The notes under the pieces are model-generated. The model did no database searches and was not told the DNA's origin. It saw nothing but the letters and a program-made list of their open reading frames with translations. From positions 142,726,001 through 142,790,000 of the forward strand of contig CM059432.1 of NCBI GenBank assembly GCA_030390025.1: DNA of 64,000 nucleotides, written 5' to 3'. A program made the position numbers and the translations under genes. This document shows, in pieces, positions 1 through 11,243 of the stretch. Origin of the DNA: Squalus acanthias (Eukaryota). Every line of letters starts with the position of its first letter. The stretch's first letter is position 1.

Positions 1-711
1 TGCAGAGGTCAGTAGAAAGATGAATAGTGATAATTAACTTGGATCAACAGAAACCTTATGGAATACAACTGAAAAAGGGTATAAATATTGAAGTCTCAAA
101 TGAGATATCAGAATCGCTTTAATCGGGCAAAGTAATTCTCGACTACAGAGGCGGCTCTGCAGTCTTCCACTCTTTGTACCTCGGGGATCGAAGGTAATTT
201 GATATTGACGGATATCCTGTATAGAAAATGTTAAGAACTGTAGCAAAGTTGAGATTTAAAAGTAAGATTCTCTGTTAAAAATAAGATCGTATTTTTTCTC
301 TTTTTAGAACTGTTAACGTTGCGATTGATTGATTCACCAACTGTAAATTGCATGTCGGTTCTTTTAATAAATCTCTATCTATTTTTAGAATTGTCTCACA
401 TAAGTCTTCTGTATCAATAACTCGCAAACCCAATCTCTGTACACTCTTTGGTGAAGAGGTACATTTCTGAGGGGAGATCTCCGGACCCTCATAATATCCA
501 GGATGTTACAGTCTGGCTAAACTTATTAAAAGTGCTATCTGGAGAACGGTAACATTCTCGGGTTGCTCCTTTCCTTTAGGGAGAGATAGCCAGGACCTTT
601 AGACCCAGTTAAGCGTCTTTAGGATGCGGCTACCTCAACCTTTAGTTGAAAGTGAAAATCCGAGAAATGCGCCTGATCCGGGATAGCCCCAAAGGGGCTA
701 GGACAAGTAAA

Positions 712-872
712 TATCCTTTCAACATCTCATCTGAAAGACAGCACCTCCAACAGTACAGCACTCCCTTAGTACTGGCACGCCAGCCTAGATTTTGTACCCA
801 CATCTCTGCAGTGGGACTTGAGCCCGTGCTCTTCTGCTTCAGAAGCAAGAGTCTACCCGCTGCGCCACGGCT
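712..872 (-). mobile_element. 5' (tRNA-derived head) fragment of DeuSINE/SacSINE1-like SINE
   Basis: Same head sequence as the fuller copies at 8812-9263 and 27240-27705 (gtgggacttgagccc...ctgcgccacggct); boundaries approximate. Confidence 0.7.
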
Positions 873-888
873 AGAATCTAATGATTAT

Positions 889-1644
889 GGCCCGGATTTT
901 GCGCTCTCGATGATGGCGTATGCATCATCGCAGGCCATCAGAAAGGGCCCGCAAGTTTCGGGTTTCTGCAGGCGCGAAAACCCGGAACATGCGACTTGTC
1001 GAGCTTCGCCTTGACAGATCATCCGCACCGACCCAAAAATCACTTTAGCTGGCGCAGAGTGGGGCTATTTGCCCAACTACTGCCCAGCAAATGCCCACGA
1101 AACCCTCACACCTGGTAAAAGCAGACATAGGGCCTGCTTTCAACAGTGTAAGGGTTAATATAAATCTTAAATTAAAAAATTAAAAATCATGCACAAACAT
1201 TTAAAATTAGTTCATGTAAATTTTGGCCCAGATTAAAATGTTTAAAATAATTTTTCAAAATATTTAATTTTTATTGTATATGCTTTATTGAAGGGAATTT
1301 TAATTACATTTGAAAATGGGAACATTTATTTTTATTCCAGTTGTATAAATTATTTAATTATTTGGGGGATTCCTCATGTGCTTACGGGGGTTCCGTCCGT
1401 AAATGGAATCCCCTGAGCACAATAGGAATCCTCCTTTCTGATTGGAGTACCTGGCCCACGTGATCCCAGGGACGCTTCCGAACCGCCTGCATCCTTGGGA
1501 TCCGTGGGCCTTTATGCAGGCCTACGCCCGCAGGCCCAGGGCCCGAAGTCTTCGAAGCCCGGGAGCCTGAAGGTAAGTGCGGATTTTTTTTATCGGGTCG
1601 GAGGCGTACTCCGCAGGTTAGCCTCCGACCGCAAATCCTGGTCC
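889..1644. mobile_element. Non-autonomous TIR element (PIF/Harbinger-like MITE)
   Basis: Imperfect TIRs ggcccggattttgcg / cgcaaatcctggtcc; GC-rich ends and AT-rich core; shares ggcccacgtgatccca motif with 10246-11007. Confidence 0.65.
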
Positions 1645-1756
1645 AAGATGTCAAATAGAAAGTATTAAGAACATGTGCACGATGGTTTTTTTTTTAGAGG
1701 AGGTTCTATCCTGTATAAAATGGTACGCTGGTGCTGGTTAAAATATAATCAAATAA

Positions 1757-2395
1757 TCTTCTTTCTTCTTCTTCCTAGGCAGTCCCTCGGAACCGAGGAT
1801 GACTTGCTTCCACACTAAAAATGAGTTCTCGGGTGACTGATGAGTCCAATGCAGTCTCTGTCACAGGTGGGGCAGACGGTGGTTGAAGGGGCGGGTGGGT
1901 GGGGTGCTTGGGTTGACGTGCGCTCCTTCCGCTGTTTGTGCTTGGCTTCCGCCTGCTCCCGGCGAAGAGACTCGAGGTGTTCGGTGCCTTCCTGGATGCT
2001 TCTCCTCCACTTTGTGCGGTCTTGGGCCAGGGATTCCCAGGTGTCGGTGGGGATGTTGCACTTTTTAAAGGAGGCTTTGAGGGTGTACTTGAAGTGTTTC
2101 CTCTGCCCACCTGGGGCTCTCTTGCTGTGTCGGAGCTCTGAGTAGAGCGCTTGTTTTGGGAGTCTTGTATCGGGCATGCGGACAATGTGGCCCGTCCATC
2201 AGAGCTGATCGAGCGTGGTCAAAGCTTCGATGCTGGGGATGTTGGCCTGAGTGAGAACACTGACGGTGGAGCGCCTATCCTGCTGATGGATTTGCAGGAT
2301 CTTGCGGAGGCAGCATTGGTGGTACCTCTCCACTGCTTTGAGGTGCCTGCTGTACATGGTCCATGTCTCTGAAGCATACAGGAGGGCGGGTATAA
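1757..2395 (-). mobile_element. 5'-truncated RTE-clade LINE
   Basis: ORF 1815-2177 (MPDTRLPKQALYSEL...GGQRKHFK...CPTCDRDC..GLISH) matches the RTE ORF2 C-terminus; (GAA)n-like tail at 1757-1775; near-identical copy at 15422-15904. Confidence 0.85.
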
Positions 2396-2995
2396 CTACT
2401 ATAAAATATTCAGCCAGCCAGGAAAAAGGATAAGAATCTTTAATAGTGTCTGTAATGTTTTATGCCTGATTACTTACATTCAGTAAAATATTTGACATCA
2501 GGGAAGATGGCGCGTGACTTATCTTAAAGGGAGCTGTTTGTGTTGTGAATATTAGTGTGCATATGTGGCTCACAATGTTGACTTCAAGTGGCTGTATTTG
2601 AAAGCTATCACCTGGTCAGATTCTCCTCCAAAAACCCCAAGGATCACTCATGTTAGACTAACATGGACTCCCACAGAGGTCAAGCAGGGAGAATCCCCAT
2701 TGGCCTCCAGTTCTTAGACTGGGAGTTGTAATTCCATTGTTTCATACCGAGTTTTACTTTGTCATCTACAGTGCTATATTTAGTGCACTGGTTAACACGT
2801 CGCCATCCAATTCCAAATAAACAGGTTAAGCACTGTACCGAGGTACTGCACACAGCAATAACTTGTGCCCACGGAGGGAATTAACCAACCCCAATCAGTT
2901 GAACAGTAGAATTGCCCCTGGACACATTATTGGGTATTCTGTTTGCAAATCCTCAGAGCTGCAGTCAGTACCTCCAAGCTGTTTGGACAGCATTC

Positions 2996-3505
2996 TGGCT
3001 TGGAGTTTCCGCTCGGGTTGCGCTGGGTTTTTTCGCCGCAATTTGCCCGAAATCGGCCAAACCAGCGCAAAAGATCATCCAGCGCAAATCGAGCCTCCGT
3101 GATCTTTTGCGCTGGTTTAAAAAACATCGTGTTGGAAGCTGGCCCCGCCCACAAAACTGGCCGCAACCCCCAGATCGAATTAATCACCATGGCAAGTTTC
3201 CGCTAATTGCACTCGTTTGCGGGCCTTCGAGGACGCTCTTACAATTAAGCTGTTTTGTAGGCGCAAGGACACGAATAGTCACTTTTAAAAGCTTTTAAGT
3301 ATTAAAAAATATTTAATTTACTACAAAACTGACTACTGTACACCAATGAAACTAGTACATGGTTCTGTATAGTTTTTTAAAGTCATTTTCAGTTATTTAA
3401 AATTGAGTTACTCACAGGTGGTCGACTCGACACTCTGATTAAAAATGCTTATTTTTTGTGATAAACCCATTTCCAGCTGTATTAATAAAACTGCACCAGG
3501 TTTTT
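2996..3505. mobile_element. One-ended MITE-like remnant with internal hairpin
   Basis: GC-rich end with inverted repeat aaaccagcgcaaaagatca / tgatcttttgcgctggttt, then an AT-rich core cut off by the LINE at 3510. Confidence 0.45.
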
Positions 3506-3509
3506 TAAA

Positions 3510-4085
3510 ATTCATTTATGGGATGTGTGCGTCGCTGGCAAGGCCAGTATTTATTGCCCATCCCTAGTTGCCCTTGAGAAGGTGGTGGTGAGCCGCCTTC
3601 TTGACCCGCTGCAGTCCGTGTGGTGAAGGTACTCCCACAGTGCTGTTAGGGAGGGATTTCCAATATTTTGACCCAGCGACGATGAAGGATCGACGATATA
3701 CTTCCAAGTCTAGGTGGAAGAGGTTGCGGGTTTGGGAGGTGCTGCCTTGGTGAGTTGCTGCAGTGCATCTTGTAGATGATACACACTGCAGCCACGGTGC
3801 GCCGGTGGTGGAGAGAGTGAATGTTTAAGGTGGTGGATGGGCTGCTTTGTCCTGTATGGTGTCAAGCTTCTCGAGAGTTGTTGGAGCTGCACTCATCCAG
3901 GCAAGTGGCGAGTATTCCATCACACTCCTTACTTGTGCCTTGTAGATGGTGGAAAGGTTTTGGGGAGTCAGGAGGAGAGACACTCGCCGCAGAATACCCA
4001 GCCTCTGACCTGCTCTTGTTGCCACAGTATTTATGTGGCTGGTCCAGTTAAGTTTCTGGTTAATGGTGACCCCCAGGATGTTGAT
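3510..4085 (-). mobile_element. 3' end of CR1/L2-group LINE (family A in this window)
   Basis: Encodes ATRAGQRLGILRR...YKAQVRSVMEYSPLAWMSAAPTTL; 3' end gggcaataaat..ggccttgccagcgacg shared with other family A copies. Confidence 0.85.
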
Positions 4086-4284
4086 GGAAGTGGAGGAAGA
4101 GCATCAAAGAAGGACACCTGTTGCCAGAGTGAAGAGCTGAAATGCTGCTGCTTAATCAAAGTCCTTGTGTGACAGGCTTTGGCCGAGAGATGTGCGAGTC
4201 TGCCTTCGTCTCCGGGGTGCCCAGTGACAGTTGATGTGGGCTGGAGATTCCTGGACTTGGGTACACTCACACAATCATTTGTTT

Positions 4285-4528
4285 TGTTGAGGCTGCCGCG
4301 AAACACGAATTAAGGCTGAATCCATGTGTGGAAAACAAGAGACTATTTTAATACAACTGCATGTGGCACAAAATGGCTGAACAGACTGCTCCCAGAATTC
4401 TCTGGAAAAATCCTGAGGCCCCGCCCACTCCTGCCTTAAAGGTAAGGTGCCTTAAAGGGAAGGTGCATCGATATATTGTCCACGGACGGAAAAGTGGATA
4501 ATGCCCGTTTAGGTGGCGATCCGCCACA
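4285..4528 (-). repeat. 3' LTR (244 bp)
   Basis: tgttgagg...ccgccaca; differs from 6387-6628 by 3 substitutions and one 2-bp indel on visual comparison. Confidence 0.95.
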
Positions 4529-4543
4529 CAGCTCCCCCCAGAA
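4529..4543 (-). other. Polypurine tract
   Basis: Minus strand reads ttctggggggagctg immediately before the 3' LTR. Confidence 0.75.
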
Positions 4544-4737
4544 TCCACTTAGGAGGTGTGGACGAGACGGTGCGGCGGTCTGATGGGCCGGCCGGAGCGG
4601 CTCTTGTAGGACGCCGGTGGACGTGGAACGGCTGGGCGTGGAGCAGCCGGGTGAACCGGCTTGAGGGCAGGTCAGCCGCGTGGAGGTGGACGAGCTACAG
4701 GGACCTGCTCACCGGGCTCCGAGTGTGCTGGCTTGAG

Positions 4738-6143
4738 TCAGTCAACTGACACTTTTTCGGTCCTGTCGCCCACTTGCAGGGTGAAAAATTTGTCCCCAGC
4801 CTGTAGCACCTTGTAGGGCCTGTCGTACGGGGGTTGAAGGGGTCCGCGGTGGGCATCGTGCCGGACGAAAACAAACCGTGCCTGGTGCAGGCTTAGTGGG
4901 ACGTGTGAGGTGGGGTCGCCGTGTCGGGCAATGGGCACCGGGGCGAACTGCAGCGCCGGTGAGGCGAAGTCTTGGCGTTGCTGGTCGGCTGACCAGGGTG
5001 TCGTGGCGGTGGGCAGGAACTTGCCGGGTACGCACAGCAGCTGACCGTACACGAGCTCTGCTGCCGATGCGTGGAGGTCTTCTTTAACCGCGGTGCGCAG
5101 GCCGAGGAGGACCCACGGAAGTCGGTCGGTCCAGGCGCCGTCCTGGAGGCTGGCTCGAAGAGATGCCTTCACGGATCTGTGGAACCGCTCACACAGTCCG
5201 TTGGCTTGGGGGTGGTACGCTGTGGTGCGGTGAATGGTCACCCCGAGATTGCGTGCGACGGCGGTCCAGAGTTCAGAGGTAAATTGCGGACCTCTGTCCG
5301 ACGTCATGTCGGAGGGGACGCCGAACCGTGTGACCCAGGTGCTGACGAAGGCTCTGGCGATGTCGGCGGTGGTGGTAGAGGTCAGTGGAATTGCCTCGGG
5401 CCAGCGTGTGGTGCGGTCAACGATGGTCAGCAAGTGCGTGTGGCCTTGCGACGGCGGCAGGGGCCCGACGATGTCCACGTGGATGTGGTCGAATCTCCGC
5501 GAGGGGACGGTAAACTCCTCGAGGGGTGCTTTCGTGTGTTGCTGTACCTTGGCCCGTTGGCAGGCTAGGCAGGAGTTGGCCCAAGTACGCACATCCTTGC
5601 GAGGGCCGCGCCAGACGAAGCGGTTGGCTACCAATTTGGAGGATGGGCAGGCGCTGGGGAGGGAGAGGTTGTGGAGAATGTCGAATACCCGGTGGCACCA
5701 GGACGCTGGGACGACGGGCTGAGGTTGACATAGGGATAAGTCGCACTTGACCGTGACTGCGGTCGGGCCACAGGCAATGTCGGCCAGGCGTAGCCCTGGT
5801 AGGTTGGTGGGTGCGGAGAGCAGATCAGGGTCGGTGATCTGGTCTGCTGCGAGTTGAGCGTAGTCGACTGCCAGGTGTGCGGCGTGGATGGCGGGGCGGG
5901 AGAGGCAGTCGGCTACCACATTGTCTCGGCCGGAGATGTGTTGGATGTCCGTGGTGAACTCGGACACTGCCGCGAGCTGGCACTGCTGCCTGGCGGAGCA
6001 GGGGTCGGTTGTCTTTGCCATTGCGAATGTCAGGGGCTTGTGGTCGACAAACGCAGTGAAGGGGTGGCCCTCAAGCAAAAACCGGAAATGGCGGACCGCC
6101 AGGAACAGCGCGAGGAGCTCGCAGTCGAAGGTGCTGTACTTGA
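4738..6143 (-). pseudogene. Gypsy pol remnant: RNase H C-terminus plus integrase (degenerate HHCC, DDE, GPY/F)
   Basis: KYSTFDCELLALFLAVRHFR...VDHKPL; CLACQRAK; HVDIVGP, SDRGPQF, NGLCERFHR; PPYDRPY. The stop at 4738 interrupts VSVD*LKPAH (likely CGA>TGA). Confidence 0.92.
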
Positions 6144-6346
6144 CCTCTCTCTGGTGGGTTCTGCAGCGCTGTCCAAACCTTCGAAACTGTGGCGCTACCG
6201 AGTGATGTGACGAGATAGTCGTACTTCGTCCCATCTGTGGTGATGTTTCGCAGCAGGAAGCGAGATTCAGCTTGGAGAAACCAGGCTTCGGGCTGGTTTT
6301 CCCAAAACTCCGGCAGTTTCACGGAAACTGCGTTCGTGTCCGCCAT
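6144..6346 (-). pseudogene. Gypsy gag N-terminal remnant
   Basis: MADTNAVSVKLPEFWENQPEAWFLQAESRFLLRNIT...TKYDYLVTSL starts just after the PBS; KLPxFW..P..WF motif typical of Gypsy gag. Confidence 0.85.
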
Positions 6347-6371
6347 TGCAGTGCTCGGAATACGTTCTGAG

Positions 6372-6385
6372 CGTCGGGGTCACCA
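6372..6385 (-). other. Primer binding site complementary to tRNA-Trp
   Basis: Plus strand cgtcggggtcacca equals the 3' end of vertebrate tRNA-Trp(CCA) including CCA; adjacent to the 5' LTR. Confidence 0.85.
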
Positions 6386-6386
6386 A

Positions 6387-6628
6387 TGTTGAGGCTGCCG
6401 CGAAATACAAATTAAGGCTGAATCCATGTGTGGAAAACAAGAGACTATTTTAATACAACTGCATGGCACAAAATGGCTGAACAGACTGCTCCCAGAATTC
6501 TCTGGAAAAAGCCTGAGGCCCCGCCCACTCCTGCCTTAAAGGTAAGGTGCCTTAAAGGGAAGGTGCATCGATATATTGTCCACGGACGGAAAAGTGGATA
6601 ATGCCCGTTTAGGTGGCGATCCGCCACA
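6387..6628 (-). repeat. 5' LTR (242 bp)
   Basis: Near-identical to 4285-4528; TG...CA termini. Confidence 0.95.
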
Positions 6629-7932
6629 GTTTGCTTGTTTTTATTTTGTTGCAGTTTGGCCTGTGTGGGAGAGAGTGCACATTCGTATCAGGCAAGTAGA
6701 AACTCTACCTGTGTGGATCTCTTGGTAGCTTGGTATTACGTTTAGGGTCTGCCTTAGATGTTCTGTTAGGTACAGCACTGCTGCTACTCCTGTATGTGGT
6801 CTGAGCATCTTACGTTTCGGAGTGTGCCCGTACTGCCCAATATCTAACTGTACGTTAGTGTAACCCAGGAATGTAACAATATGATCCCCTTGCAATTTGG
6901 ACTGGATGACATGCCCACTCATGTTCCTCACCCATCGTTTTCAAGGCAGATTGAGAAAATAGTAGGCAAGGCAAATCCAGAACTGAATAGTTATATTTTT
7001 TTATTTTACAGAAAGTAAACGTAAAGAGCAATAGTTTTGACTGGAACCACTTAGTTCAATCAGTACAACTTGCCTTCATGTAGTAACATAAAATAATGGA
7101 AATGCCACGTCTGCCCACATCAGTGCCTCTCCGTGCTTGACTTAAACAAAATAACTTCTAACTGTCCTCCTGCATTCTAACCTTTTTACTCTGGTGAAAG
7201 CTTTCTGTTCAAAAATCTATCTCTCTATCTGTCTCTGCTGTTTTATCTCCCTTGGACTACATGCCAATGAGAGGGGTTTATGCCAAGTGTCCAGAGCCAG
7301 AGACCTCCCAACACAATGGGTCGGAGGTGCTTATCGATTACTGAGACAAGCTAACGAATAGCTTACTGTTTTTAGTCTGTTGGGGAAATAATTTCACCTC
7401 AGAGCTCTATAATTATTTTTAAGTGAATACACTTTGCTGTAAAGATCTACCATTTAAATGCAACTCTTTTCCAAATCTTCTCTGTGGAAAGAAATGGTCA
7501 TTACTGATGCGTACAGACTTTCCCAACCATTGGAGAACTTCCTGAGCTGATGTAAAGATTTTTTTTAACAAAATAGCAGGTGCAAAGCTCTGACTCACAC
7601 ACACAAGCAGCTGTTTGAACTATTTATCTTGACTCTATTAGTGGCCCCAATGGCTGACAAATCTTCTCGCAATGAAAAACCACTTAAGCCATTCATCACT
7701 GCTGTAGAAACCAGGACTTTTAATCTAAACAGTGATGTTAACAGCAGCAAGAATTGCTTTACGAAGTAATTCTGCGATATAAGCAGTATCTACTTGGAAG
7801 AACGTTCTTTGAAAAAATATTTTGAAGGATATTAAGTCCCATTTCTTTATAAGTTCCATTAATTTGTATGTAAAGAACAAAAATATTGCATTCACGGTAA
7901 TATTTCTTGCTTCATGGTGAATAATAGTACAA

Positions 7933-8056
7933 AAGAAAGACTTGCATTTGTATTGCGCCTTTCACCACCACAGGACGTCCCAAAGCACTTTACAGCCAAT
8001 GAAGCACTTTTGAAGTGTAGTCACTGTTGTAATGTGGGAAATGGGGCAGCCAATTT
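7933..8056 (-). mobile_element. DeuSINE-like SINE 3' fragment
   Basis: aagaaagacttgcattt...tttacagccaatgaag...gaagtgtagtcactgttgtaatg matches the other copies. Confidence 0.75.
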
Positions 8057-8811
8057 CCTGCCCCTCTGATCCCAGGCTGCTGGATTTCTACTCCATAAAA
8101 CAAAAGTATCTGTAGGCTTCAGTCTTCAGTGAACAGGGTCGCCTAAAATTCTTAAAAGGGGAACTGCTTACATTTTTAAAAAGGTGCTTGGGAACCCTTC
8201 AGTCCTTGGGATCTGTACCTCATTTTTATCGTCTGATGCTTTGCAATTTGGGACATTCTGGTTGTGTGTTTGTAAGCAAATGATAAACGACACGCTTTAA
8301 TTATTACATCAGTTTTTGTTTATTTGAAAGCAATAGCTATTATCTTATTTGTTTTCCACTTCCAGTTTGTAAGTTACTTGTTTTGCTTCCTCAGCTCCTG
8401 AGCATCAGTCCTTGACTCAGAAGGCAGGCAGGCAAGTGATCTAATTCTGACCCTCTGCCAATGTGTCTTGCACATCATTTTAAAGAGTTAGGACCGAGCC
8501 TGTTCAATAATCTGACATAATCCACACAAGATGCTGACTAACTCTCCTGTCAGCCTGATTCTGGAGGCCTTCCTTGGAACCACCTGATCTACACAGTGTG
8601 ACTTAGAAACAGAAGGCTTAATTTTCCAGGTTTCAACCTTTTAACAGAGGAACTAGTCACGTGAGTCAAGCAACTCACAAACACTGTTGAGTGGTGAGCA
8701 GGTCAATGAAATTCAGTGTTAGTGAAGTTCAGCGCATCAGCCATAACGGAACCACAATGACCACAGTTTAGCACCTTAATAAGCTAACCATGATCCTATT
8801 GAAAAGATAAA

Positions 8812-9263
8812 AAGAACTTGCATTTATGTAGCGCCTTTCATGACTTCATGACGCCCCAAAGCACTTTACAGCCAATTAAATACTTTTGAAGTGTAGCCAC
8901 TCTTGTAATGTAGGAAACGCGGCAGCCAGTTTGTGCACAGCGAGATCCCACAATCAGCAATGTGATAATGACCAGATAATCTGTCTTTTTTTTAGTGATG
9001 TTGGTTGAGAGATAAATATTGACCAGGACATCTGCTCTTCTTCGACTAGTGCCGTGGGATCTTTTATGTCTACCTGAGAGGGCAGATGGGGCCTTGGTTT
9101 TAACGTCTCATTCAAAAGACACCACCTCTGACAGTGCAGCACTCCCTCGGTGCTGCACTGGATTATCAGCCTGGATTTTGGGCCCAAGTCTCTGGAGGGG
9201 GACTTAAACCCACTATCTTCTGACTCAGAGGTAAGAGTGCTTCCCACTGAGCCACGGCTGACC
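8812..9263 (-). mobile_element. Near full-length DeuSINE/SacSINE1-like SINE
   Basis: tRNA-like head (ctctgagtcagaag..ggtttaagtcccc on minus), conserved central body, tail aaatgcaagttcttt. Confidence 0.85.
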
Positions 9264-9479
9264 CATGGAAGAAACAAAATGGCCTCTCATCTGGATGTGC
9301 TGATCAGAAACGTAAGCTCTCTGGTTGAGAAACCATCCAGAAGAACCTTGTTTCAACAATGTTGAGGTGCCAATCATTCTCAAAGTGGAACAATCCAGGA
9401 GGTTACAATACTTAACTCAGGCATCCCTTCCACTCACCAAGGTCAACCTCACCAGGGCACAACTGTTTCCTCCTCTTTA

Positions 9480-10030
9480 CATCGAGTCTACAGCATAGAA
9501 ACAGGCCATTCGGCCCAACTGGTCTATGCTGGCGTTTATGCTCCACAAGAGCCTCCTCCCACCCCTCTTCATCCCACTAAATCAGCATATCCTTCTATTC
9601 CTTTCTCCCTCGTGTTCTTCTCCAGCTTCCCCTTAAATGCATCAATGTGATTCGCCTCAACTACTCCCTGTGGTAGCGAGTTCCACATTCTCACCACTCT
9701 CTGGGTAAAGAAGTTTCTCCTGGATTCCCTATTGGATTTATTACTGACTGTCTTCTTTTTATGGCCTCTAATTTTGGTCTCCCCCACAAGTGGAAACATC
9801 TACCCTATTGAACCCATTCATTATTTTAAAGATCTCTATCAGGTCACCCCTCCGCCTTCTTTTTTCTAGTATAGAGAGCCCCAGCCTGTTCAATCTTTCC
9901 TGATAAGGATATTCTCTCAGTTCTGGTACCATTCTTGTGAATCATGTTTGCATCTTCCCCAGTGCCTCTACATCCTTTTATATAATATGGAGACCAGAAC
10001 TGTGCACAGTACTGTCCAAGTGTGGTCTAA
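9480..10030 (-). mobile_element. CR1 LINE 3' end
   Basis: ORF FPLVGETKIRGH...RRNFFTQRVVRMWNSLP is the CR1 ORF2 C-terminus; CR1-type 3' end ggccgaatggcct. Confidence 0.85.
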
Positions 10031-10245
10031 CCAAGGTTCGATACAAGTTTCCTCCCCTCATGTTCATACTTCCTCACCACAGAAACGTTCCTCCACAAAC
10101 TACCCCCCTCTGACCATCTTATACCCGACTTCGCACTTGTATTTCCATCAGTGGAGGAACTGACACTCACTAACATATAATTCTCGAAAGACTTTTATTG
10201 TATCGTCTGTATACAAAATATTGGTGAGATTATGCTCAACACAAT

Positions 10246-11007
10246 GGCCCAAAAATTCGGCCGAATACGGGAGAGTACGCACTGTGTACTCACCCGTATT
10301 CGGTCCCGAAGTGCCGGTTTCCTGCATGCACTGCGCATGCGCGGGAAACCGGCACTTCCGGTATGGCGAAGGGGGCGTTTCCTAAGTGAACCGCGTGCGC
10401 ACTACAGGCTGTGCGCACGCAGCGCACTTGTTTTTTTTTCAGGTTTCAACGCGAAGGTAAGTATGGAAGATTTTACACATGAAAAAAGGAGGCGTAAGAC
10501 CCCCTTTTAACAAGCTAAGTAGTTAATTAAGTATTATTTTAAATTTTTTTCAACAGGTTTATCTTTTTTAGAGACTTTAAAGAAAGGTAAGCTTATTTTT
10601 ATAACTTTTAAAAAGAATTTAAATTTTTTCAAAAATTTAAATTTTTGTTTAAAGTGGTTAATTTATTTAACTATAGTTATTTTATTAATGTGATGGTTTT
10701 TTAAAAATTTATTTGAGGTTTAGCTGTTCTTTTGGGGGCAATTTGTATTCATAGTTTTGACAGTTCTCCTGTCAAATCTATGAATGAAAGATAGTGTGCT
10801 GCCATTGGCTCTCCATGGCCCACGTGATCCCAGAGGTCGCATCGCACTAACTGCGCCTCTGGGACACGCACACACTGCGCGCCGGCACCAGGGAGAGGCC
10901 CAGGAACTGAAGTTTGTGTGGGCCCGAAACACAACGGCAGGCGCGGTAGGTAAGATCGCGCGCGATCCTTACCCCCGCGGCAAGCCTCCGAGTCAAATTT
11001 CTGGGCC
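10246..11007. mobile_element. Harbinger-like MITE with subterminal hairpins
   Basis: TIR ggcccaaaaattcg / caaatttctgggcc; hairpin gaagtgccggtttcc...ggaaaccggcacttc; related copy in opposite orientation at 35736-36474. Confidence 0.75.
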
Positions 11008-11071
11008 ATTATTCACAATTTGCAAAAAACCTATTTTTATCACATAATAAGTATACACTATTTACACATTA

Positions 11072-11243
11072 GGGGGTGGATCTTGACTTTGTGTGATTGT
11101 GTAAAACGGGTGATAATCGGTAGCCTGTTCTACATCTCTCCCAATTTTTATTTCCATCATAAGTCAATGGGGGAGCGATGTAGAACGGGCTGCTGGCTCA
11201 CTATCACCCATTCTACACTATCGCACAAAGTCAAAATTACCCC
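11072..11243. mobile_element. Palindromic (fold-back) MITE, about 170 bp
   Basis: ttgactttgtgtgattgtgtaaaacgggtgata...cctgttctacatctctccc pairs with gggagcgatgtagaacggg...tatcacccattctacactatcgcacaaagtcaa. Confidence 0.75.

Larger units (their letters stand above)
4285..6628 (-). mobile_element. Internally deleted Ty3/Gypsy LTR retrotransposon (CsRn1/Kabuki-like)
   Basis: Two TG...CA LTRs, 4-bp TSD GTTT (4281-4284, 6629-6632), tRNA-Trp PBS, PPT, gag start joined to RNase H tail plus integrase. Confidence 0.95.

Noticed and set aside
1..700. NUMT or mitovirus-like insert read with TGA=Trp
   Set aside because: TAA/TAG stops remain in the frames examined and no mitochondrial or RdRp motifs were recognised.
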